In this document: piece after piece, positions 28,393-37,361 of the stretch | How the letters are laid out: each line of letters starts with the position of its first letter | How positions within the stretch are numbered: position 1 is the first letter of the stretch | From: an uncultured Lachnospiraceae bacterium | GTDB lineage: Bacteria > Bacillota > Clostridia > Lachnospirales > Lachnospiraceae | Reading direction: 5' to 3' | Assembly (NCBI GenBank): GCA_947245585.1 | Contig: CAMXPV010000018.1 | Location: forward strand, 8,682-72,681 | DNA length: 64,000 bases | Made by a program: the position numbers and the translations under genes | Notes under the pieces: model-generated | The model's database searches: none | Seen by the model: only the letters and a program-made list of their open reading frames with translations | Told to the model about the DNA's origin: nothing

Positions 28393-28887
28393 TTATGCAG
28401 TTAATTTTGCGATTTTTTCCACGATCTCCCGGATCGAAAGTCCCCCGCAGTCCACTGTGATGTCCGCGTATTTTTTATAAAGGGGAACCCGTTCTCTATA
28501 AAGTCCTGCCAGATCCTGCCCTTTTCGCAATGTCACGCCCCGCTCGTCCAGATCGCCCAACCTTTTTCTAATCTGTGTAAGCGGCAGGGACAGATAAATA
28601 ACCGTACCGATCTGCTTATAATGCGCCATCGCCTTTGGTCCATAGACCGCGCTTCCACCCGTGGCAATCACGGTTCTGTGCGCCTCAATGGACTCGCCTG
28701 CAGATTCTTCCAATTTCCAGAAACCCTCCACGCCCTGTTCGGAAATGAGCTCATGAAGCAGTTTTCCCTCCCTGCTCTGGATCACCAGGTCTGCGTCCAC
28801 AAAGGCATAACCCAACTTTTTGGCCAAAACCACGCCCACCGTACTCTTTCCCGCGCCAGGCATGCCGATTAGGATAATATTTCTCAT
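28393..28887 (-). CDS. aroK: Shikimate kinase
   Basis: IILIGMPGAGKSTVG, VIATGGS and R.PLY motifs; ATGA overlap with ridA. Confidence 0.92.
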   Translation of the reverse strand: MRNIILIGMPGAGKSTVGVVLAKKLGYAFVDADLVIQSREGKLLHELISEQGVEGFWKLEESAGESIEAHRTVIATGGSAVYGPKAMAHYKQIGTVIYLSLPLTQIRKRLGDLDERGVTLRKGQDLAGLYRERVPLYKKYADITVDCGGLSIREIVEKIAKLTA

Positions 28888-29261
28888 TTCAAATACGCCG
28901 TCACTTCCACCTCGCACAGCACATCTTTGGGGAGCTGCTTCACCGCAACACAGCTTCTCGCCGGCTTTTCTGTGAAGTATTTCTCATACACCGCATTGAA
29001 TGCTGCAAAATCTGCCATCTGAGCAAGAAAACAGGTGGTCTTTACTACCTTGGTATAATCGCATCCCGCCTCCGCAAGAATCGCCCCCACATTCTTCATG
29101 GCCTGCTCCGCCTGCTCCGTCACATCCTTACCCGTGATCTCCCCTGTGGCGGGATCAATCGGGATCTGCCCCGAGGCAAAGAGAAAATCTCCCGCAATAA
29201 TTCCCTGCGAATAAGGCCCGATGGCCGCCGGCGCTTTGTCTGTAGAAACTTTAGCTAACAT
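28884..29261 (-). CDS. ridA: RidA/YjgF/UK114 enamine deaminase
   Basis: APAAIGPYSQG, SGQIP and PARSCV.V..LP motifs. Confidence 0.93.
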   Translation of the reverse strand: MLAKVSTDKAPAAIGPYSQGIIAGDFLFASGQIPIDPATGEITGKDVTEQAEQAMKNVGAILAEAGCDYTKVVKTTCFLAQMADFAAFNAVYEKYFTEKPARSCVAVKQLPKDVLCEVEVTAYLK

Positions 29262-29303
29262 AACTTTACCTCTCTTTCTTTTTTACAATCTCACATTCTT
29301 CTC

Positions 29304-29537
29304 TCATGAATCGCCAAATCTGGCTACCACATAATATCCTCTGGCCGTCTCCTTCACTTCGGTGACAACCCCTTCCCGCTCCAACATCCTCTCCCGGAAA
29401 GGAAAGTTCCCGGACATGGCAAGGGACGGGTCTATCGTATAGTAATAGTTACTGGGCAGAACGCCCTCCGTCACCGTGATCCGGTCGCCCTCCTTAAGAA
29501 GGCCGGGGCGTTCCATCTTAAATTCCATTTCCCGCAT
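29304..29537 (-). CDS. Small conserved hypothetical protein
   Basis: ORF with an SD upstream of ATG 29537; no family recognised. Confidence 0.65.
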   Translation of the reverse strand: MREMEFKMERPGLLKEGDRITVTEGVLPSNYYYTIDPSLAMSGNFPFRERMLEREGVVTEVKETARGYYVVARFGDS

Positions 29538-29762
29538 AAAGGATACCTCTTGTAATAAACTTGAAAGCACGTGCTCACACACTGCTCATTGCTTTCGTGA
29601 ATAGTATAGCATTATTTTTTCACACAAACAATTCCTATTTCTTATGCCTGAAACATTATTCCCACGGCATATATCGCATTTTTCACGGCATATTTTGCAT
29701 CCCACCCCTCATTTTCTCCTGCTATACTATAGATAAGTGCGCAGTCCGAATGATACCTTTTT

Positions 29763-29773
29763 AGTTTACATAA
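29763..29773. other. XerD-arm-like motif AGTTTACATAA
   Basis: 11/11 match; intergenic, upstream of the PP2C gene. Confidence 0.65.
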
Positions 29774-29861
29774 TTCACAACACAAACGCAATTCGGACGC
29801 AATGCGCACTGTCACAGAGACACAGAAATGAATCATTTTTTGAACAGACGAGGAAACGGTT

Positions 29862-31286
29862 TTGAAAAAGTACAGAAAGAAAAAAGCAGAACAAATCAGC
29901 GCGGAAGCCGAATGGATTGCCATCCGGGAAAATGAGGCCGAGGCCAACCAATATGCGGCAAAATGCCTTACTGTCTGTGCCGGTGTAGGCGCTCTGGCAT
30001 GGCTGTTTAATCTGTTGGGTATTTTTATCATTCCCCCTATGGTTATGAATATCGGCATGCCGTTCACCATCCTGTTTTTCCTGATCCCGGCCCTGCTGTG
30101 CAGACTTACAAAGGGTACGCCGGTCTGGTTAAAATACGTCATCCTGATCTGCGGCATTACCAGTATTTTTATTTTGTCCAGCGCCATGCCAAAACACGGT
30201 GTTCTTGCCTGGGCCGTGCCGATTTCCCTAAGCTGCCATTACTACTCTAAGAGGCTGACACAGCTTACCCTTGTGGCCTCATGGGTGCTTTTTTCCGCCT
30301 CCATCTATGTGGGCATGTACATCGGGGAGGGGGATCTGAACCTGTTAATTACGGAGCCGGACATCACAAGAAGAGTCATCACCGGCAAGATGCTGTTTGA
30401 GGCATCGCTTTTCTTTGTGCTGCCGCGCGCCCTGACTCTTTTGGGCATCTCTTCCATCTGTACCACCATAGCCACGCGGACCAGACGGCTTTTGGAAAAA
30501 CAGATCAAGGACAGCGAAGAACGCCAACGCATTTCCACGGAACTGGATGTGGCGACACGGATTCAGGCCGATATGCTTCCCTGCATTTTTCCGGCTTTTC
30601 CGGAGCGTCCCGAATTTGACATCTACGCCTCCATGAATCCGGCAAAGGAAGTGGGCGGCGATTTTTACGATTTCTTTATGGTGGATAATACCCATCTCGC
30701 CGTGGTCATCGCCGACGTGTCGGGAAAAGGAATTCCTGCTGCCCTGTTTATGGTGATCGGCAAGACACTGATCAAGGATCATACAAAACCGGGCTGTGAT
30801 CTGGGGGACATTTTCTCAGAAGTGAATGAACTGCTGTGCGAATCCAACAGCGAAGGCCTGTTTATTACCGCCTTTGAAGGCACCTTGGATCTCGTGACGG
30901 GAGAATTCCGCTTCGTCAACGCCGGACACGAAATGCCTTTTATCGCAAAGGCAGGAAGCGCCTACGAGCCCTACAAGCTGAAACCGGGATTCGTTCTTGC
31001 GGGCATGGAAAATATGAAGTACCAAAGCGGCTGCATTCAGCTTTCCCCGGGTGATAAGATTTTTCAGTATACGGACGGCGTAACCGAAGCCACCAACGCT
31101 GCCCACGAACTTTACGGCATGGAACGTCTTTCAAAGATCCTCGCCAAAAATACCGCAGAGCCTCCCGCAAAGCTTCTTTCTGCCGTAAAGGCGGACATCG
31201 ACGCTTTTGTAGGAGACGCGCCGCAGTTTGACGATATCACCATGCTCTGCGTCTCCTACCTTAAGAAGCTAAACTGTCCCGACTAG
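29862..31286 (+). CDS. Membrane-bound PP2C/SpoIIE (RsbU-like) serine phosphatase
   Basis: N-terminal TMs; EVGGDFYD, ADVSGKG, NAGH, YTDGVTEA and DDIT motifs. Confidence 0.93.
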   Translation: MKKYRKKKAEQISAEAEWIAIRENEAEANQYAAKCLTVCAGVGALAWLFNLLGIFIIPPMVMNIGMPFTILFFLIPALLCRLTKGTPVWLKYVILICGITSIFILSSAMPKHGVLAWAVPISLSCHYYSKRLTQLTLVASWVLFSASIYVGMYIGEGDLNLLITEPDITRRVITGKMLFEASLFFVLPRALTLLGISSICTTIATRTRRLLEKQIKDSEERQRISTELDVATRIQADMLPCIFPAFPERPEFDIYASMNPAKEVGGDFYDFFMVDNTHLAVVIADVSGKGIPAALFMVIGKTLIKDHTKPGCDLGDIFSEVNELLCESNSEGLFITAFEGTLDLVTGEFRFVNAGHEMPFIAKAGSAYEPYKLKPGFVLAGMENMKYQSGCIQLSPGDKIFQYTDGVTEATNAAHELYGMERLSKILAKNTAEPPAKLLSAVKADIDAFVGDAPQFDDITMLCVSYLKKLNCPD

Positions 31287-31693
31287 AAATCAAGCCAGGT
31301 GATATCAGCATCTTCGCTGTCTTCTCCCAACACGACGCGCACCTTTTCTGTCAGGATGTCTTCGTCGATGGGCTTTACCACATAGTCCTTTGCACCGCCT
31401 GCCACCGCCTTGACCACATGATTTTTGTCGTTGTTCGATGTGAGAAAGATAACCGGCACATCCATAAGATGCTCCTTCTCCTTGATCATCTTAAGCATCT
31501 CATATCCATTGATTTCCGGCATATCAATATCCAGAATAATCAGGTCAGGCGTTCTGTCATTTAAAAACTGAAGCGCCCGCTTTCCGCCGTTAAACACATG
31601 CAGTTCATATCTGGTTCCCAACACCTTAAGCAGCATCTTTAATACAATACCGCTGTCATCCACCGCCACAATACTTTTCTTGTTAAATTCCAC
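31283..31693 (-). CDS. Single-domain response regulator
   Basis: VAVDD, ILDIDMP and YVVKP receiver motifs. Confidence 0.92.
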   Translation of the reverse strand: MEFNKKSIVAVDDSGIVLKMLLKVLGTRYELHVFNGGKRALQFLNDRTPDLIILDIDMPEINGYEMLKMIKEKEHLMDVPVIFLTSNNDKNHVVKAVAGGAKDYVVKPIDEDILTEKVRVVLGEDSEDADITWLDF

Positions 31694-33974
31694 TTTCGTC
31701 TCCTCCTTTTTTCCGTAAAAGTTCTATTGCCTTGTCCTCGTCAAATTCATCTTCCAACGCGATCAGCACATTTTTAATCCGTTCGTGCATCTGCTGCTCC
31801 AGAGGGTTCCGGATCCAATCCTGTAACCTCTCTATGGCTTTCTGTGTCTCAAAGTCATCCAACAAAAGCGCAACGCTCTCCAGGTCGCTTTCGGACAGCT
31901 TGACTGTCTCCCCGCCGCCTGCTGCCGCGCCATACTTGTCCTCCTCCCCTTTTCCACAGTCGCTTAACAGCTCTTCAAATCCTGCAAGCGTATGCTCCCA
32001 AACACCCAGCAATTCCTCAAAATGGCTGTCCGCATAGGCTGCATTTCCCGCCTTGCTCTCCTTTTCATGGGCAAAAGCCAAATCCGCCAGTCTGTCTGCA
32101 CCGAGGGTTCTGGCATTTCCTTTCAGGCCGTGCACCTGTATTGCATAATCTTTTATATTTCCCTCCGATAAAAGCCCCCGCATCATTTCCTGCTTTGTCC
32201 GGTCCCTGACAAAGAGCCGCGCTAGCTCCAGATACATGTCCAGATCGCCTTTCGCATAGGCCAGTCCGTTTTCTATGGAAATGTCGTAAGACAGATATTT
32301 TTCCCGATCCATCTGGCCGGATTCCTCCCCCGGCTCCCCATCTGTCTCCTCCGTTCTTTTCACTAGCGTATCCGGAAGATATTTCTCCACCGTCTGCTCC
32401 AACAGATCCCCGTCGATGGGCTTGGTTAGGAAATCGGCAAATCCCTCCTTCATATACCCTTCTCTCGCGCCGGACAGCGCGTTTGCCGTCAGGACAATCA
32501 CCGGCGTGTCCGCGTTCGGATAATCCGAGAGCTTGCGCATTTCATGCAGCGTCTCAATGCCGTCCATCTCCGGCATCATATGATCCATAAAAACGGTATG
32601 GTAAGGTTCCTTTTTCACCAGTTCCAGACATTTTTTACCGGAATCCGCGGTAGTGATCTGCATCTTTGTCCGCTTCAACAGCGATTGGAATACGGTAAGA
32701 TTCATGCTGTTATCATCCACCACCAACACTTTTGCCTCCGGCGCCTCAAAGAACTGCCGCTTCTTAGACAGATTCTCCTCCCGTCTCTTTCTGATGGATT
32801 CAAAATCTCCGGTCGGTTCACCGCACACAATTCTCTGGGGAATCGTGACGGTAAAGACGGAACCTTTTCCGTATTCGCTCTCCACCTTCATATCGCCGTC
32901 CATCAGTTTCAAAAGCGACATAGTGATATTCATACCAAGGCCCGTTCCCTCGATATTGCGGTTTTTCTCCTCATCCAACCGTTGAAAACTTTCAAACAGC
33001 TTCCCCATATCTTCCTTGCGGATGCCCATACCCGTGTCCTTTACGGATATGATCAGATTCAGCGCTTCGCCTCCTGTCTTCTCATACGCCGCCCTCATTT
33101 CTATGCCCCCCTGCGGGGTGTACTTGACTGCATTGGTCAGTAGATTGGTCACGATCTGCTTGATTCTCACATCATCCCCGTAAAGCACTCTCGGCAGCGT
33201 CTCATCCAATGAAAACCGAATATCCAAGCCTTTCTCCTGGGCCCGCAGAAAGATTACATTCCACAGATCCATCATCAAACTTTCCGGCTCGTACTCCACC
33301 CGGACAATCTCCATTTTACCGGACTCAATCTTCGACATATCCAGGATATCATTGATCAGAAACAGCAATGTCTTGCCGGAGCTGCGGATATTGGCCGCAT
33401 AGGAAAGAATCTGCTTGTCCGCGCACTCTCTGAGTATCATCTCGTTCATGCCCAAAACCGCATTGATGGGTGTTCTGATCTCATGGGACATATTGGAGAG
33501 GAAAAGGCTCTTCGCCTCGTTCGCCCTGACAGCCTCGTCCTTCGCCTTCTCATACTCCACATTCAGTTTCCGTATCTTATCCAGAGCGGTCTGTGCATCC
33601 CGAAGCTCGTTTAGCTCCGTCACATCCTCCATCACCACAACCACGGACTTCTCCCCCTCGTTGTGGATATAGCTTGTGGTCAGGGACAGATTTCTCGTCT
33701 CCCCGTCAAGCATATAGTCTACCGGCATATTGCTTACTTTTTTCTTCTCATAGACCGTATCTAAAATTGCCTCGTTAAAGTCGTCCGTTCCCTCCCTGGT
33801 CAAAAATACATTGATGAAGGAATCGCCGATCTCTTCCTGGGTCAGACCAAGAATCCGCTCCGCCGACGGGTTTAACAGGGTGATCTTTCCATTCATACTG
33901 ATCACCATGACCCCCTCCAGCATATTCGTTACGATTTCCCTGTACAGCCCTTTATGGTCTCTCTGCTCCAACAT
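31683..33974 (-). CDS. Cytoplasmic hybrid histidine kinase (PAS-HisKA-HATPase-REC-HPt)
   Basis: SHEIRTP, NLLTNAVKY, FMDHMMP and HPt HGLKG motifs. Confidence 0.93.
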   Translation of the reverse strand: MLEQRDHKGLYREIVTNMLEGVMVISMNGKITLLNPSAERILGLTQEEIGDSFINVFLTREGTDDFNEAILDTVYEKKKVSNMPVDYMLDGETRNLSLTTSYIHNEGEKSVVVVMEDVTELNELRDAQTALDKIRKLNVEYEKAKDEAVRANEAKSLFLSNMSHEIRTPINAVLGMNEMILRECADKQILSYAANIRSSGKTLLFLINDILDMSKIESGKMEIVRVEYEPESLMMDLWNVIFLRAQEKGLDIRFSLDETLPRVLYGDDVRIKQIVTNLLTNAVKYTPQGGIEMRAAYEKTGGEALNLIISVKDTGMGIRKEDMGKLFESFQRLDEEKNRNIEGTGLGMNITMSLLKLMDGDMKVESEYGKGSVFTVTIPQRIVCGEPTGDFESIRKRREENLSKKRQFFEAPEAKVLVVDDNSMNLTVFQSLLKRTKMQITTADSGKKCLELVKKEPYHTVFMDHMMPEMDGIETLHEMRKLSDYPNADTPVIVLTANALSGAREGYMKEGFADFLTKPIDGDLLEQTVEKYLPDTLVKRTEETDGEPGEESGQMDREKYLSYDISIENGLAYAKGDLDMYLELARLFVRDRTKQEMMRGLLSEGNIKDYAIQVHGLKGNARTLGADRLADLAFAHEKESKAGNAAYADSHFEELLGVWEHTLAGFEELLSDCGKGEEDKYGAAAGGGETVKLSESDLESVALLLDDFETQKAIERLQDWIRNPLEQQMHERIKNVLIALEDEFDEDKAIELLRKKGGDESGI

Positions 33975-33979
33975 GTGCG

Positions 33980-34387
33980 CTACAGCTCCTTGCGTATTTT
34001 CAGGATATTCCGTCCATCCTTATATTCGTATGTAATCTCGTTCATGTTTTTCTTCACGATATAAATACCGAGCCCGCCTATTTCCCTCTCCTGTGCGGAG
34101 AGCGTCACATCCGGATCCGCCTTGGCAAGAGGATCGTAGGGTACGCCCTGATCGATAAAAGTAATCACCACCGAAAGGGGTTCCTCTAACACCTCCACCC
34201 GTACCGTAGCCGGGCCGGTGCCGGGATGATAGGCATAGTGGACAATATTGCTGAACAGTTCGTCAATGGCAATATCAATCTGCGCCTGCGCCTTCATCGG
34301 GCAGTCGTACCGGGCCAGCTGCTCGTCCACAAAATCCGTGATGACGGGAATGCTCTCCACCGTCGCCTCAACCGTTAATTCCTTCAT
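33980..34387 (-). CDS. RsbW-like anti-sigma factor/serine kinase
   Basis: AIDELFSNIV.YAY, D.GVPYDP and GGLGIYIV motifs. Confidence 0.92.
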   Translation of the reverse strand: MKELTVEATVESIPVITDFVDEQLARYDCPMKAQAQIDIAIDELFSNIVHYAYHPGTGPATVRVEVLEEPLSVVITFIDQGVPYDPLAKADPDVTLSAQEREIGGLGIYIVKKNMNEITYEYKDGRNILKIRKEL

Positions 34388-34400
34388 ACGCCGCTCCTCA

Positions 34401-34703
34401 CTATTCTATGGTCAAAATATCCATGAATCCGGTAACTTCAAAGACCTCCTGAATGGTCTCGTTGACATGTCTTATAATCATTTCGCCCGCCTGCTTCTTC
34501 ATAAAGACTTTATGCGCCGCCAACAGAATTCTCAGTCCTGCCGAGGAGAGATATTCCAACTCCTGAAAATCAAGTATCAGTCTCTCCGTTTCCTCGGAAA
34601 CCTCATTGATCTGCGCTTCCAGCTACGGCGCAGTGGTAGTATCCAGTCTCCCCGCAGGCAACAGTGTCGTTTCCTTTCCGTTTACCTTTTTTTCGATTGT
34701 CAT
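34401..34703 (-). pseudogene. STAS anti-anti-sigma factor (RsbV-like) with an in-frame TAG at codon 27
   Basis: MTIEKK...GRLDTTTAP*LEAQIN...LEYISSAGLRILL...EVFEVTGFMDILTIE*; TAG at 34623-34625; missing from the ORF track. Confidence 0.85.
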
Positions 34704-34824
34704 CCCGCATCCCTTCCTTGCTTTTTGTTTTTTCTACAATCTTTCTCAATAATATACCATAATATCTGTTATTCTTTTGTGCGGCGGGTATATATCGCAT
34801 TTTTTTTGGCATAATCCGCTATTT

Positions 34825-34835
34825 GGTTTACATAA
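34825..34835. other. XerD-arm-like motif GGTTTACATAA
   Basis: 10/11 match; intergenic between STAS and spoVAD. Confidence 0.6.
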
Positions 34836-34856
34836 TTCTACATGGTATGGTAATCT

Positions 34857-34882
34857 AAAAGGCCGGGTTCTGCCCGGCCTTT
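34857..34882. terminator. Intrinsic terminator after spoVAD
   Basis: AAAAGGCCGGG-TTCTG-CCCGGCCTTT. Confidence 0.75.
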
Positions 34883-34898
34883 ACATTTCTATACTGAT

Positions 34899-35915
34899 TT
34901 ATCCCTCATAATGCTCCAACACCACGCCGTGGGCAATCCCCGGAATGGTCTGGCCTTCGTTAAAACTGGTCTTAGAAAGAAGCGCCCCCGTAGGCACAAA
35001 GAGCACTCTCTTCCAAATGCCTTCCTCGATCTTTTTCAAGATATAAGCCGAAAGCACCGCCGCGCTACATCCACAGCCGGAACCGCCCGCATCCGTATGC
35101 TGCTTCTCGCTCTCATAGATTTCTATGCCGCAGTCCATATGCTGTCTGGTAATATCAATTTGCTTCTCCGAAAGCAGATCAAACAAAAGGTTTTGACCTA
35201 CCTCGCCCAGATCCCCGGTGATAATCTTGTCATAATCCTTCGCCTCTCTGCCGAAATCCTCCAGATTCTGCCTGATCGTATCCGCCGCGGCGGGGGCCAT
35301 GCAGGCTCCCATATTCATGGAATCCTTGATCCCATAGTCCACAATCTTACCTACCGTAACGCCCTCAAGCATCGCCCGCGTCTGCTTTCCCGGCTTGGAC
35401 GATAAAATGAATGCGCCGCTTCCCGTCACCGTCCATGTGGCGGATTTTGGTCTCTGGTTTCCGTATGCCAACGGAAAACGGAACTCCTTCTCCGCACTGG
35501 CGAAATGACTGGAAGTAATACAGGCGGCCTTCTCCACAAACCCGCCGGAAACCACCATACCTCCCACAGTCAGAGATAACCCGCAGGTGGAACAGGCCCC
35601 GTAAAGACCCACATGGGGCAGCTGATATCCCGCCATACCAAAACTGCTGGCTATGGACTGTCCCAACAGATCTCCCGCAAACACCATCTGTAAATCCTGT
35701 TTCCTGAGTTCCGCCTTGGAGAGCGCGATCTCCAACGCCTCCTTCTGGAGAATGCTCTCCGCCTCCTCCCATGTCTGTCCGCCAAACTTATCGTCATATC
35801 CAACCTTGTCGAAGAGCTCTCCCATAGGGCCCTGCGCTTCTTTGCTGCCAACGACGGACGCGCTGCTTATGATGTACGGTCTCTTTTCAAACTGAATGCT
35901 CTGCTTTCCTAACAT
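34899..35915 (-). CDS. spoVAD: Stage V sporulation protein AD
   Basis: AGDLLGQ, YGACST, SHFASAEK.FR.P and MAPAAADT motifs. Confidence 0.96.
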   Translation of the reverse strand: MLGKQSIQFEKRPYIISSASVVGSKEAQGPMGELFDKVGYDDKFGGQTWEEAESILQKEALEIALSKAELRKQDLQMVFAGDLLGQSIASSFGMAGYQLPHVGLYGACSTCGLSLTVGGMVVSGGFVEKAACITSSHFASAEKEFRFPLAYGNQRPKSATWTVTGSGAFILSSKPGKQTRAMLEGVTVGKIVDYGIKDSMNMGACMAPAAADTIRQNLEDFGREAKDYDKIITGDLGEVGQNLLFDLLSEKQIDITRQHMDCGIEIYESEKQHTDAGGSGCGCSAAVLSAYILKKIEEGIWKRVLFVPTGALLSKTSFNEGQTIPGIAHGVVLEHYEG

Positions 35916-35949
35916 AACGGCATACGATCCTTTCTTACATGATTAAGGA

Positions 35950-35979
35950 TAGTATGCCGTCTTTTCTTACAAAATATAC
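35950..35979 (-). promoter_or_regulatory. sigma-G/sigma-F-type forespore promoter of spoVAD
   Basis: GTATA-18 bp-CATACTA on the minus strand matches the B. subtilis sigma-G consensus. Confidence 0.75.
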
Positions 35980-35980
35980 G

Positions 35981-36928
35981 TTATGAAATACCCGTCCGGA
36001 TATCTTCCTTCATATCGAGCACTGCCGCCCGCGCCGCATCCGCAAAGTTTTCCTCCCCGTACTTTGCATATTTCTCCTGTTGGTACGCGGCAATGATTCC
36101 TCTTGAGGAATTGACGATCGCGCCCAACCCGTCCTCGTTGAAAAAGGGTTTTAAATCCTTTCCTTTGCCGCCCTGCGCGCCGTAGCCTGGCACCAGAATA
36201 TAGGACTTCGGCATAATCCGCCGCAGAATTTTTCCCATTTCAGGGTAAGTCGCGCCCACCACAGCGCCCACATAGCTGTACGTTTCGCCCATGCAATCGG
36301 CGGCCCACTCAGCCACCTTCTCGCCCACAACTTCATAGAGCGGTCTGGCCTTTTCCGCGTCTGTGCTGTCCTTCGGCAGTACAAGACGATCCTGGAATTC
36401 CCCGCTGCTAGGATTCGATGTCTTTACCAGAACGAATATCCCCTTCTTCTGTTCCTTACAAACCTTGATAAAAGGCTGCACCCCGTCGGAACCAAGATAG
36501 GGATTCACCGTCGCAAAATCTTCATCAAATCCACGGCACATGGTATTTCCCACCTGCACCTGTCCAAGATGTGCTATGGCGTAGGACTCGGAGGTGGAAC
36601 CGATATCACCGCGTTTGATATCCCCGATCACCACCAATCCCTTTTCCTTACAGTAGGCAACCGTCTTCTGAAAGGCAATCAGCCCCTCTACGCCGAACTG
36701 CTCATACATGGCGATCTGCGGCTTCACCGCAGGCACCAAATCGCAGACTGCATCCACAATTCCTTTATTGTAAGCAAAAATTGCCTCTGCCGCGCCTTTT
36801 TGCGTCTCGCCGTAGTCCGCAAAGGCCTGTTTTTTGATCTGTTCCGGCACAAACTTCATGGTGGGATCAAGTCCCACCACGATAGGCGCTTCCAGTTTCT
36901 TAATTTTTTCTGTCAGTACGTTAATCAC
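35981..36928 (-). CDS. pyrF: Orotidine-5'-phosphate decarboxylase
   Basis: VGLDP, KPQIA.YE, D.KRGDIGST, VGAT and LVPGYGAQGG motifs. Confidence 0.96.
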   Translation of the reverse strand: MINVLTEKIKKLEAPIVVGLDPTMKFVPEQIKKQAFADYGETQKGAAEAIFAYNKGIVDAVCDLVPAVKPQIAMYEQFGVEGLIAFQKTVAYCKEKGLVVIGDIKRGDIGSTSESYAIAHLGQVQVGNTMCRGFDEDFATVNPYLGSDGVQPFIKVCKEQKKGIFVLVKTSNPSSGEFQDRLVLPKDSTDAEKARPLYEVVGEKVAEWAADCMGETYSYVGAVVGATYPEMGKILRRIMPKSYILVPGYGAQGGKGKDLKPFFNEDGLGAIVNSSRGIIAAYQQEKYAKYGEENFADAARAAVLDMKEDIRTGIS

Positions 36929-37329
36929 AGTTTCTTCCCCTCCAAATCTTTCAACACATACTGATTCTCAATATATTTTTTGAAATCTTTTCTTTTCACC
37001 CACTCGTAGCTCCCGTACTCCTCCGGCAAAACGATATGGGACTCCTCACCCTCCGGAATGGAGCAAATATAGGCAATACCTACACAGTGCGTCTCCCCGA
37101 GAAGCTGAGACCATGTGTACTCAATTTTCTCGATTTTACCATTGACGGAGAGAAATTCAGAGATCGCGGACAGCATCGTGTCGTCAGGTGCATCCCCGTG
37201 GGGCACCTCCGCGTCGATAAACTCCCAGACAAAGGGTTCCGGAATATGGTCGTCCACCCACCTCTTTAGCAGAAGATACGTATCCCCCTTTTTGATAATG
37301 CCCTTTACGCGCACATAAGTGTCTTTCAT
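36925..37329 (-). CDS. NUDIX-fold protein with a degenerate Nudix box
   Basis: VRVKGII...YLLLKR...WEF and E...YEWV pattern, but the GX5EX7REUXEE motif is absent. Confidence 0.6.
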   Translation of the reverse strand: MKDTYVRVKGIIKKGDTYLLLKRWVDDHIPEPFVWEFIDAEVPHGDAPDDTMLSAISEFLSVNGKIEKIEYTWSQLLGETHCVGIAYICSIPEGEESHIVLPEEYGSYEWVKRKDFKKYIENQYVLKDLEGKKL

Positions 37330-37361
37330 AATATATCCTCCTTTCAGGTTTGAATCTGTTG

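Noticed and set aside
34623-34625. Pyrrolysine or genome-wide TAG recoding
   Set aside because: No pyl genes are in the window, and many genes here (PIN, proX, DUF3800, STAS itself) end normally at TAG.
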